Notes under the pieces: model-generated
Told to the model about the DNA's origin: nothing
Seen by the model: the letters and a program-made list of their open reading frames with translations, nothing else
Database searches by the model: none
Made by a program: the position numbers and the translations under genes
Source: Octopus vulgaris
Lineage: Eukaryota
Assembly: GCA_951406725.2 (NCBI GenBank)
Contig: CATOCA020000001.1
Span: 9,548,001-9,612,000 of the forward strand
Length of the DNA stretch: 64,000 bases
Direction of reading: 5' to 3'
Part shown: piece by piece, positions 1 to 12,893 of the stretch
Layout: each line of letters starts with the position of its first letter
Numbering within the stretch: the stretch's first letter is position 1

Positions 1-1315
1 CGAAAGGATGAAAAGCAAAGTCGACCTCGGCGGAATTTGAACTCAGAACGTAACGGCAGACGAAATACCTATTTCTTTACTACCCATAAGGGGATAAACA
101 CAGAGGTGACAAACAAGGACAGACAAACGGATTAAGTCGATTATATCGACCCCAGTGCGTAACTGGTACTTATTTAATCGACTCCGAAAGGATGAAAGGC
201 AAAGTCGACCTCGGCGGAATTTGAACCCAGAACGTAACGGCAGACGAAATACCTATTTCTTTACTACCCACAAGGGGCTAAACACAGAGAGGACAAACAA
301 GGACAGACAAACGGATTAAGTCGTCTATATCGACCCCAGTGCGTAACTGGTACTTATTTAATGGACCCCGAAAGAATGAAAAGCAAAGTCGACCTCGGCG
401 GAATTTGAACTCAGAACGTAACGGCAGACGAAATACCTATTTCTTTACTACCCACAGGGGCTAAACACAGACGGGACAAACAAGGACAGACAAACGGATT
501 AAGTCGTCTATATCGACCCCAGTGCGTAACTGGTACTTATTTAATGGACCCCGAAAGGATGAAAGGCAAAGTTGACCTCGGCGGAATTTGAACTCAGAAC
601 GTAACGGCAGACGAAATACCTATTTCTTTACTACCCATAAGGGGATAAACACAGACGGGACAAACAAGGACAGACAAACGGATTAAGTCGTCTATATCGA
701 CCCCAGTGCGTAACTGGTACTTATTTAATGGACCCCGAAAGGATGAAAAGCAAAGTCGACCTCGGCGGAATTTGAACCCAGAACGTAACGGCAGACGAAA
801 TACCTATTTCTTTACTACCCATAAGGGGCTAAACACAGAGGAGACAAACAAGGACAGACAAACGGATTAAGTCGTCTATATCGACCCCAGTGCGTAACTG
901 GTACTTATTTAATGTCGACTCCGAAAGGATGAAAGGCAAAGTCGACCTCGGCGGAATTTGAACTCAGAACGTAACGGCAGATGAAATACCTATTTCTTTA
1001 CTACCCACAAGGGGCTAAACACAGAGAGGACAAACAAGGACAGACAAACGGATTAAGTCGTCTATATCGACCCTAGTGCGTAACTGGTACTTATTTAATG
1101 GACCCCGAAAGAATGAAAAGCAAAGTCGACCTCGGCGGAATTTGAACTCAGAACGTAACGGCAGACGAAATACCTATTTCTTTACTACCCACAGGGGCTA
1201 AACACAGACGGAACAAACAAGGACAGACAAACGGATTAAGTCGTCTATATCGACCCCAGTGCGTAACTGGTACTTATTTAATGGACCACGAAAGAATGAA
1301 AGGCAAAGTCGACCT
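1..1315 (-). repeat. Tandem array (~7 x 184 bp) of a headless tRNA-derived SINE body (MetaSINE-like core)
   Basis: The unit cgaaaggatgaaaggcaaagtcgacctcggcggaatttgaactcag recurs at 1, 185, 369, 552 and onward. The minus strand has a B-box (GAGTTCAAATTCC) and GCCTTTCATCCTTTCGGGGTCGAT...GTACCAG. The same unit occurs at 29972-30618 and 56980-57190. Confidence 0.85.
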
Positions 1316-1665
1316 TTTGTTTTTTGTAACATAGTTATAATTTTGAAAGACTAGATGGCAGTTTAGTTGCTCCCTTATTTATTTATTTATCTATGTGCTA
1401 GGGGTTGATTGTAGATATGTTTGTATACAAGTGTATGTGTGTGTGTACATGTAATTATGTATGTATGTGCGTTTGATCTATGGATGTGCGTGTGCGTATA
1501 TGCGTTTCTTGACTAACCAACCGTAAAATTTCTTTCGTGATTCAAATTTCAAACTACAAGCCAATCGAATTAATCGAGAATAATCAATTCCAAGCGGACA
1601 GACTAACTTAACTCATAGTTATATCAATTTTGAAAGGATGGACTTGTTACAAACTTAACTGTATC

Positions 1666-1696
<31 letters not shown>

Positions 1697-2580
1697 ATTA
1701 ATAGTAATTATTATTGACTTTTATAGATTTATAATTTTATGAACTGAACTATGGTTTTCTATTATTATTATTATTTTTCAGGTATAGATAGAATATTAAT
1801 TTAAATAGTAGTGAGCATATATCTCCCTATGTGTTAATTTTTAGAACTATTAGCCAAATATGTAACATAACTGTGCTTATTAATATTAATATATACACTG
1901 ATATATATTTTATATTTTGTTTTTTATATATTTTGTTTTATTTTGTTTTGTTTACCTTGCATTTACTCGTGTATCAATGAGTATTGTATATGTGTAGCAG
2001 AATGGAGTTTATGCATAAGTTTTTATATTTTACATTTTTATATTTTTATATTTATATGTATATGGAAAAATAATTTTTTCATAATTTTTTCACAATTATA
2101 ACATTAAATTCTCTGAAGAGGCCGTGGGGCATCCTTGTTAATGCCTCATTTATACCTGCCTTAATGGCTTATAGGTTAAATGAGGTATAACTGCCCTTAC
2201 TGCCGAAACAGCTGTCAGATATGTTACAATTACATATTATATTTTATATTTTATATTTCCAGTTCCTTGTCTATTTATATTTACTATATATGTTATATAA
2301 TGCCTTTACTGATATGTAATGGTGTAATAAAGTATTGATTGGGTATCATCTTATGGTTGATGTTTTATTGATTTAAGTATGTTTCTCCATATTCTAATTT
2401 TGTAGCATTAATTTACGGTAATATTATTACCTTTGCCCAAATAATACAATAGATGAACTAATTGCTTGGTAATTTTTAACATCTATGTATTAGTCTTGTT
2501 GGGTACCTATCTAGCAGTATATTGGATATATGTTATCCCATGGTGGGTTGAATTTTGAACCCTCATCTCATTTTATAACC
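1316..2580 (+). mobile_element. Penelope-like element 3' terminal region (pseudo-LTR), no ORF
   Basis: Diverged reverse-complement homolog of about 45055-46125, the 3' end of the GIY-YIG element. Contains a hammerhead and ends in (TA)n. Confidence 0.8.
2110..2219 (+). ncRNA. Type I hammerhead ribozyme with very long stem II
   Basis: TCT-CTGAAGA (2113-2119), 85-nt hairpin, GAAAC-AGCT-GTC/AGA. Stem III ACAGCTGT is palindromic. Predicted cleavage after C2216. Confidence 0.85.
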
Positions 2581-2615
<35 letters not shown>

Positions 2616-2689
2616 ATATAATAAACATAATAAACATAAAGAAGTTATTATGCACGTACGCTGCGAAATATATATTTTCTAATTTTGTA

Positions 2690-2733
<44 letters not shown>

Positions 2734-2744
2734 TTTATAGAAGG

Positions 2745-2795
2745 AGCTTCTACAGGACTAGAACTGTTTCATTCAAAAGAAATCACCAGGAAGCT
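2745..2795 (-). ncRNA. Type I hammerhead ribozyme, core mutated (CUGGUGA)
   Basis: Minus strand reads AGCTTC-CTGGTGA-TTTC-TTTT-GAAT-GAAACAG-TTCTAGTC-CTGTA/GAAGCT. Confidence 0.6.
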
Positions 2796-3140
2796 AGGTG
2801 ACAAGAATAATTTTGGCATTTATACACTTAGGCAGGTTTAAGGGGTGGTGGTGGGGGACTTTTTGGGGTAGGCATGGCGCAAACTATCATTCTTAGGGGA
2901 GTGGTCAAAGGAATCAGTGATAAAGTAGATAAAAGAATAAATAGAATAATAGAGTTTACATACACATACCCACAAACATCCGTATACACATGTACATATG
3001 CACCCATTTACATACATCTACGTACTCACCCATACCCATACTCATACATACACACAAATATGTACACACATATATATGTGTAAAATAAATAAATAAATAT
3101 AATAGAGGATATACACCCCCATACACACACGCTCACATAT

Positions 3141-3218
<78 letters not shown>

Positions 3219-4042
3219 TCATACACACTCTTATATATATATATATATATATACACACACATATATATACATACACATATATATATTGTGTTTATTTGAC
3301 CTCGACCAACGAAGCCGACACAGAGGTAGGTTTCTCCCAAGGGAGCTTGGCTAGCTGGCTTAAAAAACCATTTATTGCCCCTCTACCTTCCTTTCTATCT
3401 TTCTACCCACTGATACGAACACAAACACTTACACACGCACACACACTCACACGCACACTCATACACATACGCAGACGCACGTGTTATATTCATACATACA
3501 TAAGTGTACCGAATTTCACTCATACACATACACACACGCACGTGTTATATTCATACATACATAAGTGTACCGAATTTCACTCATACACATACACACACGC
3601 ACGTGTTATATTCATACATACATAAGTGTACCGAATTTCACATAAACGTACTCATAGCTATGTACACACAAAACCACATATATAGATGTACTTCAGTACA
3701 CATAAACACACAAGAACATCTGCCCACATATATAGACTCATATGCCTATATACAGACATTTGTGCATATAAACATACATACGCATATATACACATCCATA
3801 CGCCTTTAAGTACATATTAGCACACATGCACACACACACGTGTACATAAAAGCATACCTACATATATCTACCTACACTCATACATATACATACATGCACG
3901 TATATACGCATACGTACACGTACCTACAGATTCATATCTACACGCATACACATACATACATCTGCACACACACAGAAGACTAGTCCACATATATACACAA
4001 GTATATATATATACACATGTATATACATATACATATATATAC

Positions 4043-4083
<41 letters not shown>

Positions 4084-4398
4084 TACACATACACGCACGT
4101 ATATACCTACATATACATACACATATATACCTACACCAGTCATATACATACCTACATACACATACATCCATATATCTATACATATACATACATATATATA
4201 TACACATGCACATACCAATACACATACGCATATCTACGCACATACACGCACTCACATCTATCTACATATATAAAAAAAGAAACCCAACAAATCCATACTT
4301 ATACACTCATACACATACATACATACATATACACATATATACCCATACATATATACACATATATACACACACACATATATACACGCATGTATATATAC

Positions 4399-4451
<53 letters not shown>

Positions 4452-4562
4452 CATATACATACACACACATCTACATACACATACATATACATCCGTACGC
4501 ACACCCATATACATACATACATCCACACAGAGGTATACAGGCATATACACACATATACATAT

Positions 4563-4613
<51 letters not shown>

Positions 4614-5028
4614 CACACATACATACGCACACAAATATATACCCATACATATATACACATATATACACACACAGATATATACACGCATGTATATATATAT
4701 ATATATATATATACATATATATACATACATACACATACATATACATACACACACATCTACATACACATACACATACTTCCGTACGCGCACCCATATACAT
4801 ACATACATCCACACAGAGGTATACAGGCATATACACACATATATATACATGTGGGTATGTGTATGTAAACTCTATTATTCTAGTTATTCTTTTATCTACT
4901 TTATCACTGATTCCTTTGACCACTCCCCTAAGAATGATAGTTTGCGCCATGCCTACCCCAAAAAGTCCCCCACCACCACCCCTTAAACCTGCCTAAGTGT
5001 ATAAATGCCAAAACTATTCTTGTCACCT

Positions 5029-5079
5029 AGCTTCCTGATGATTTCTTTTGAATGAAACTGTTCTAGTCCTGTAGAAGCT
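5029..5079 (+). ncRNA. Type I hammerhead ribozyme
   Basis: AGCTTC-CTGATGA-TTTC-TTTT-GAAT-GAAACTG-TTCTAGTC-CTGTA/GAAGCT. 6-bp stem I, GUA triplet, predicted cleavage after A5073. Confidence 0.75.
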
Positions 5080-5166
5080 CCTTCTATAAAATAAATTAAT
5101 TTACTCTGCTATGTATTGAGTACCTTATTTACTGTGGTTAACCCCGACTCAACCCGGGACCTACAC

Positions 5167-5198
<32 letters not shown>

Positions 5199-5202
5199 AT
5201 AA

Positions 5203-6440
5203 TTGATTGATTGATTGATTCTAGTTTCAGCTTATGAGCTGTGGCCATGCTGGGGCACTGCCATTTGGTGTTGCTACTTGGTTTTACTTCACGAAAGCTT
5301 TTTAGCAACTGCCATTTGGTGCATGAGAGAGTTCGATGCAGCTGCCCTCATCTGCACCTCCTGCCGTGAAGTTGGTTCATCTGGGACACATGACAGGCAG
5401 AGATCCAGTTTCATTTTAAAGACATCTGCATCCACCCCATGCAGGTCTCTCAGGTTCTTCGGGAGGATATTGAAGAGCTGTGGGCCTCGGAAGCCCAGGC
5501 TATCGCAGAATCTTGTCCTACATCTTGATGGCAAGTTTGGAGTCCTAGGCACCACGCAGTGGCGCCCAGTTCTGGCATTTGCGTAACTCTCGATGCCAAA
5601 GTTTAGGACACGTCCCTCCAGGATCTTCCAGATGTGTATTATGGCATATCTTTCCCGCCTACGCTCCAGGGAATATAGTTTTAATCTCTTGAGTCTTTCC
5701 CAGTAGCTTACATTCTGCATAGAGGCTATCATCTTCGTGTAGCTACGTTGGATCGCCTCGAGCTCTGTGATCAACTTGACACTGGATAGTGACCATAACT
5801 GAGAGCAGTAGTCAAAGTGGCTTAGGACAAGTGTCCTCCAGAGGACCATCATGGTTTCTTGGTCTCTTGTTCTAAAGGTTCTGAGGATCCATCCGGCCAG
5901 TCGTCTACATTTCATTGCCAATTTAGCAACATGTACACGAAAGGTCGCGTCATCACTCATGTAAATACCCAGGTCTCGCACTGATTGTGCCTCTGGGATT
6001 GCTATTCCTCCGGGTCCAGTGTATTCATTGGGTATTGCATTTAGTTTTGCATGCTGATAGTATAAAGCTTGAAACTTTTCAGCATTGAACTGCATGCTAT
6101 TCTTTTCAGCCCACTTGTATATTTTGTCCAGCTCACATTGCAGGTGTTTAGTGTCCTCAGGGTTCTGTATTGCCTGTGAAACTTTTGTATCATCTGCATA
6201 ACTTGTGATCGTGGCTCTCTGCGTGGCTGAGGGCATGTCTGAGAGGGCCATTATGAACAGTAGTGGTCCCAGAACAGTGCCCTGCGGAACACCGCTCACT
6301 ATTTGCGTGTTAATGGAAGTGGCCCTACCACCATTGGCTACTACCACCTGACTTCTATCTTTCAGAAAGTCATGAAGCCATTCTCCCAGTTTTCCAACTA
6401 TGTTGAGATCACGCAGTTTGTGACATATCATTCCATGATC

Positions 6441-6447
<7 letters not shown>
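5203..6447 (-). mobile_element. 5'-truncated CR1-group LINE (family A), RT C-terminal half
   Basis: ORF 5289-6431 has [13 protein letters not shown] and YADDTK. 3' UTR and (ATCA)n tail match the copy at 39897-43716. Confidence 0.95.
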
Positions 6448-6502
<55 letters not shown>

Positions 6503-6666
6503 ATATGTATGTATGTATATATGTATGTATGTATATATGTATGTATGTATATATGTATGTATATGTATATATGTATGTATATATGTATATATGTATATAT
6601 GTATGTATGTATATATGTATATATGTATATATGTATATATGTATGTATGTATATATGTATATATGT

Positions 6667-6871
6667 TTGATTGATTGATTGATTCTAGTTTCAGCTTATG
6701 AGCTGTGGCCATGCTGGGGCACCGCCATTTGGTGTTGCTACTTGGTTTTACTTCACGAAAGCTTTTTAGCAACTGCCATTTGGTGCATGAGAGAGTTCGA
6801 TGCAGCTGCCCTCATCTGTACCTCCTGCCGTGAAGTTGGTTCATCTGGGACACCTGACAGGAAGAGATCCA
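6667..6871 (-). mobile_element. Short 3' fragment of LINE family A
   Basis: Near-identical to 5203-5408, including the (ATCA)n tail. Confidence 0.9.
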
Positions 6872-7107
6872 TGTATGTATGTTTGTATATATATAAGTAT
6901 GTATATATATATGTATGTATATGTATGTATATGTATATATATATATATGTATATGTATGTATATATATATATATGTATGTATGTATATATGTATGTATGT
7001 TTGTATATATATATGTATGTATGTTTGTATATATATGTATGTATGCATATATGTATGTATGTATGTATATATATATATGTGTATGTGTGTAGGTATATAT
7101 ATGTATA

Positions 7108-7138
<31 letters not shown>

Positions 7139-7537
7139 GTATGTATATATATATATGCGTGTGTATGTATATATATATATATGTGTATATATATATGTAT
7201 GTATGTATGTATATATATATGTGTGTGTATGTGTGTATATATATATGTGTGTGTATGTATATATATATGTATGTATGTATATATATATATATATGTGTGT
7301 ATATATATGTGTGTGTGTATGTGTATATATATATATATGTGTGTATGTATATATATATATATATATATGAGTATGTATATATATATATGCATGTATATAT
7401 ATAAGTATGTATATATATATATGTATGTATATATATATGTATGTATATACGTATGTATATATATATATGTATGTATATATATATGTATATATATATCTAT
7501 TTATATATATATATGTATGTATATATATATATGTATG

Positions 7538-7574
<37 letters not shown>

Positions 7575-7653
7575 GTATATATATATATGTGTATGTGTGT
7601 ATGTGTATATATGTATATGTGTGTATATATATGTATATGTATGTAAATATATA

Positions 7654-7688
<35 letters not shown>

Positions 7689-7954
7689 GCGTGTGTATGT
7701 ATATATATATATGTGTGTGTATATATATGTATGTATGTATGTATATATATATATATATGTGTGTATGTGTGTATATATATATGTGTGTGTATGTATATAT
7801 ATATGTATGTATATATATATATGTGTGTATATATATATGTGTGTGTATGTGTATATATATATATGTGTGTATGTATATATATATATATAAGTATGTACAT
7901 ATATATGCATGTATATATATAATATGTATATATATATATATATATATATGTACG

Positions 7955-8020
<66 letters not shown>

Positions 8021-8160
8021 TGTATATATATATATGTATGTATATATATATGCATGTATATATATAATATGTATATATATATATATATATGTACGTATAT
8101 ATATATATGTATATATATATATATTTATGTATATATATATATATATGTATGTATGTATAT
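6872..8160. repeat. Compound (TA)n/(TATG)n/(TG)n microsatellite
   Basis: Direct reading. Confidence 0.95.
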
Positions 8161-11100
8161 ACCACCGGCAACAGTATACACATCACCTCGATGCTCCTAC
8201 TGAACATCAGAGGACTGCTAACACTCAGTAACAGGACAAAAATCCCGTTCTTGAGTGACTTTGTTGCATGCAATCAAGCCTTATGCATAGCACTTACGGA
8301 AACGCACCTGAAACCGGACATAGCAGATGCGGAAATACACATACCACAGTATGTTGTACTACGGACCGACAGAAAAGAAAGGAGTCATGGGGGAGTTGCT
8401 ATGTACATCCGTGAGGACCTCACACCCCAGGTCCTTTTGTCATACTCAAACTCGGTGTGTGACACACTAATTGTACATATAAGTCAACTTGGTGTTGTTA
8501 TATTTGCTACATATCGCCCTCCAGATGCCCCAAGCCATGTAGGCAAGTTTGAAGACTGACTTTTAAAAATAGAAGTTCTAGTCACATTAGAACAACACAT
8601 AAATGTACTTCTTATGGAAGACTTCAATCTACGCAATGTCAGATGGCCCGAGGGCCTTTCTCTCCCAGGAATGACTCGATGCGAACGAGGACAGGTGAGG
8701 TCCCTCCTGAACCTCATCAACACTCTGTACATGGAGCAAGTAATACTCCAACCAACCAGGGCAGGTAACATACTGGATCTCTGCTTCACAAATAATATGG
8801 ATCTCATCCATAATGTGAAAGTGACACCGACACTACTCTCGGACCACAACATGGTAGAGCTGACCATGTACGGACCAAAGGAAAGCATGGACATGCAGCC
8901 TACAAGACACTCTCAGAATCTTTTCAGCTTGAACTTCCATAAGGCAAACTGGAAAAAAATTGAGAAAGGGATCCTCAAACAAAACTGACCTGAATATCTT
9001 TCCTTGCCAGTCATCGACATGAAACTTCAACAATTCATGTCTGTAATGCAAGCCATGTGCTACAAATGTGTCCCAGAGAGAAAGGCCACTGTACACAAGA
9101 ACAAAATCCCCAGAGAGAGGAATATTCTAAAAAGACGGCGTACAAAAGTTTCAAATCGCCTAAACAAACAAATTGAAAGCAGTGAAAAGTCCCGCCTGAA
9201 AATAAAACTATTGGAAATCGAAAAATGTCTGCAACTCTCCCATGAAAAAGAAAGAGCAGACAAAGATGCCTGGGCTATAGACAACATAAAATCTAACCCC
9301 AGAGCTTTCTACAGGTATGCCAAAGAAACAGCTACGGTGCACTGTAGGATAGGGCCACTCCTTGAAAAGGATGGCACACTTACAGGAAATCCAATGAGGA
9401 TAAGTGAAATACTAAATGAGCAATTCAAGAGTATTTTCACTCCACCCCTAGGGCATTTTCAAGTCAGCAATCCAACTGACTTCTTTACCACTGCAGATAT
9501 AAAATCAGAGGCAACGATGATTGATTACATCAATATAAAGGAAGACGATGTAATAAAGGCTATAGATGAAATGAAAACAAACTCAGCTACTGGCCCCGAT
9601 GGATTCCCAGCAGTCCTTCTAAAAGTATGTAAGAGAGTCCTAGCAAGACCACTGCAGTTCCTCTTTCAGAGCTTCCTTGCAGCTGGCAAACTTCCAAGAA
9701 AACTGAAGGAAGGTAAAATATGCCCTATTCATAAAGGAGGTAGCAGAGCGGAGGCCAAGAACTACAGACCTATCTCTCTGACCTCACACATCAGCAAGGT
9801 CATGGAACGAATAGTCAGAAAGAAACTAATCACCTTCCTTGAAGAAAATGACTTGCTGCCTGACACCCAACATGGTTTCCGACCAGGAAGAAGCTGCTTA
9901 ACTCAGCTCCTACAACACTATGACTGGGTGCTGAAACGACTACTCAAATATGGAAGTCATATATCTCGACTTTGCAAAGGCCTTTGATAAAGTCGATCAT
10001 GGAATGATATGTCACAAATTGCGTGATCTTGGCATAGTTAGAATATTGGGAGAATGGCTTCATGACTTTCTGAAGGATAGAAGTCAGGTGGTAGTAGCCA
10101 CTTCCATGTATATACGCAAATAGTGAGCGGTGTTCCACAAGGCACTATTTTGGGACCACTACTGTTCATAATGGCCCTCTCAGACATGCCCTCAGCCACG
10201 CAGAGAGCCACGATCACAAGTTATGCAGATGATACAAAAGTTTCACAGGCAATACAGAACCCTGAAGACACTAAACACCTGCAATGTGAGCTGGACAAAA
10301 TATACAAGTGGGCTGAAAAGAATAGCATGCAGTTCAATGCTGAAAAGTTTCAAGCTTTATGCTATCAGCATGCAAAACTAAATGCAATACCCAATAAATA
10401 CACTGGACCTGGAGGGATTGCAATCCCAGAGGCACAATCAGTGCGAGACCTGGGTATTTACATGAGTGATGATGCAACCTTTCCTGTGCATGTTGCTAAA
10501 TTGGCAATGAAATGTAGGCAGCTGACCGGATGGATTCTTAGAACCTTTAGAACAAGAGACCAGGAAACCATGATGGTCCTCTGTAGGATACTTGTCCTAA
10601 GCCACTTTGATTATTGCTCTCAGCTATGGTTACCATCCAGTGTCAAGTTAATCACAGAACCTGAGGCTATCAAACGAAGCTACACAAAGAAGATAGCCTC
10701 TGTGCAGCATATGAGCTACTGGGAAAGACTCAAGAGATTAAGACTCTATTCCTTAGAGCGTAGGCGAGAAAGATATGCCATAATATACATCTGGGAGATC
10801 CTAGAAGGACTTGTCCCAAACTTTGGCATCGAGAGTTACACAAATGCCAGAACTGGGTGCCATTGCATAATGCCAAGGACACCAAATTTGCCATCAAGAT
10901 GTAGGACAAGGTACTGTGATAGCCTGGGCTTCCGAGGCCCACAGCTCTTCAATATCCTCCTGAAGAACCTGAGAGACCTGCATGGGGTTGATGCAGATGT
11001 CTTTAAAATAAAACTGGATCTCTTCTTGTCAGGTGTCCCAGATGAACCAACTTCACGGCAGGAGGTGCAGATGAGGTCAGCTGTATCAAACTCTCTCATG

Positions 11101-11220
11101 CACCAAATGTCAACTGCTAAAAAGCATTCGTGAAGTAAAATCAAGTAGCAACACCGAATGGCGGTGCCCCAGCATGGCCACAGCTCGTGAGCTGAAACTA
11201 GATAAAAAAAAAAAAAATAA
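8161..11220 (+). pseudogene. Decayed LINE family A copy (APE endonuclease + RT) with stops and frameshifts
   Basis: ORF pieces 8089-8559, 8614-8988, 9004-9987 and 10123-11133 are colinear with the 1035-aa ORF at 40520-43627. Confidence 0.95.
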
Positions 11221-11222
11221 AA

Positions 11223-11249
<27 letters not shown>

Positions 11250-11253
<4 letters not shown>

Positions 11254-11936
11254 TGAAGGTAAAATTAATTAATTATTAATCAATTTCACCAAGTATTCAG
11301 TATGTAAAGGGACCATTTTAGCTGCTATTTCTAATGAGTTCAGTATGTGGCAAAGTAATTTATTTTACTAAGCCCTTTTATATAAAATGTAATAATTTGA
11401 ATTCGCCTTAAATGGTCCCTTTACATACTGAATACTTGGTGAAATTGATTAATAATTAATTAATTTTACCCTCAATTGTTGAAATTATAATTCATCTCTC
11501 TCTATTTAATGCTTCGGATTTTACCGAAAAAGCATAGTGTTTACTGATTTTAACCCACGCTGGTGGAAAGGGAAGAGCAGAAATTCTTCGCTTGCATATC
11601 TTGGGTTTGCTGGCACTGTTAGTTTCGAGCAGATCTTCAGAAGCGATAAGAAGCCGAAAGGGTATGCTCCCACTTTCATTGTTTTCAAATCCAAACCAAG
11701 GAGTTCTGAGCTGATGATAGAAATGTCGAGTTGACTAATCTTGAAACGTACGTTCTCAAATAACCTTTGCAATTGATTTTTTAATGTCTTTACCCCCATA
11801 CTTTCGTGAGTTGAATTGAACAAACACTATATGAGAGAGATTTTCTTTAAGTATTGGAAATAGTTTTAAAAAAGTTTTTTTAGCTGCTATTTCTAATGAG
11901 TTCAGTATGTGGCAAAGTAATTTATTTTACTAAGCC

Positions 11937-11943
<7 letters not shown>
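11250..11943 (+). mobile_element. ORF-less Penelope-type repeat (~560-bp unit, terminal direct repeat, 5' inverted segment)
   Basis: 11250-11318 is inverted to 11411-11478. 11316-11382 is directly repeated at 11877-11943. Internal hammerhead, (TA)n flanks. Confidence 0.75.
11707..11758 (+). ncRNA. Minimal type I hammerhead ribozyme
   Basis: TGAG-CTGATGA-TAGA...GTCGA-G-TTGAC...TCTT-GAAAC-GTAC-GTT/CTCA. Palindrome AACGTACGTT. Predicted cleavage after T11754. Confidence 0.8.
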
Positions 11944-12003
<60 letters not shown>

Positions 12004-12094
12004 ATATGTGTATATATATATATATATGTATGTATATATGTGTATATATATATATATGTAAATATGTATGTATATAAGTGTATATATATATGTG

Positions 12095-12128
<34 letters not shown>

Positions 12129-12134
12129 ATATAT

Positions 12135-12170
<36 letters not shown>

Positions 12171-12303
12171 GTATATATATATGTATGTATATGTATATAT
12201 ATATGTATGTATATGTATATATATATATATGTATGTATATATGTATATATATATATGTATGTATATATATATATGTATGTATATATATATATATGTATGT
12301 ATG

Positions 12304-12336
<33 letters not shown>

Positions 12337-12405
12337 GTATATATATATGTATGTATGTATATATATATATGTATGTATATATAAATATATATATGTATGT
12401 ATGTA

Positions 12406-12539
<134 letters not shown>

Positions 12540-12582
12540 GTATGTATATATATATGTATATATATATATATATATAAATGAA

Positions 12583-12748
12583 AATAGTAATGCAATACGA
12601 GAGTATTGCTTTCCAGTAAAGGATAGCCCGTGAGGGTAAAGTTATACATTAAAGTAAATAAATGGTACAACGAAGCACCGATATCTACTGGAAAATAGCG
12701 AACGTAATAAATACGACGCTAATGTATAGCTTCACTGCGTATGTACTA
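12583..12748 (-). mobile_element. Diverged fragment of the 23779-24784 repeat family
   Basis: Matches about 24032-24192 (tagtaatgcaatac...tatagcttcac). Confidence 0.8.
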
Positions 12749-12803
12749 TATATACATATACATACATATATATATATACATATACATACATATATATATA
12801 CAT

Positions 12804-12890
<87 letters not shown>

Positions 12891-12893
<3 letters not shown>

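Larger units (their letters stand above)
2727..5165 (+). mobile_element. Non-autonomous Penelope-type repeat: inverted terminal copy (2727-2972) plus microsatellite-expanded body ending at 4850-5165
   Basis: 2727-2972 is the reverse complement of about 4850-5095. Both arms carry a hammerhead motif. Confidence 0.65.

Noticed and set aside
11521-11823. 100-aa minus-strand ORF
   Set aside because: It is antisense to a hammerhead-bearing repeat, has a non-ATG start and shows no recognisable motif.
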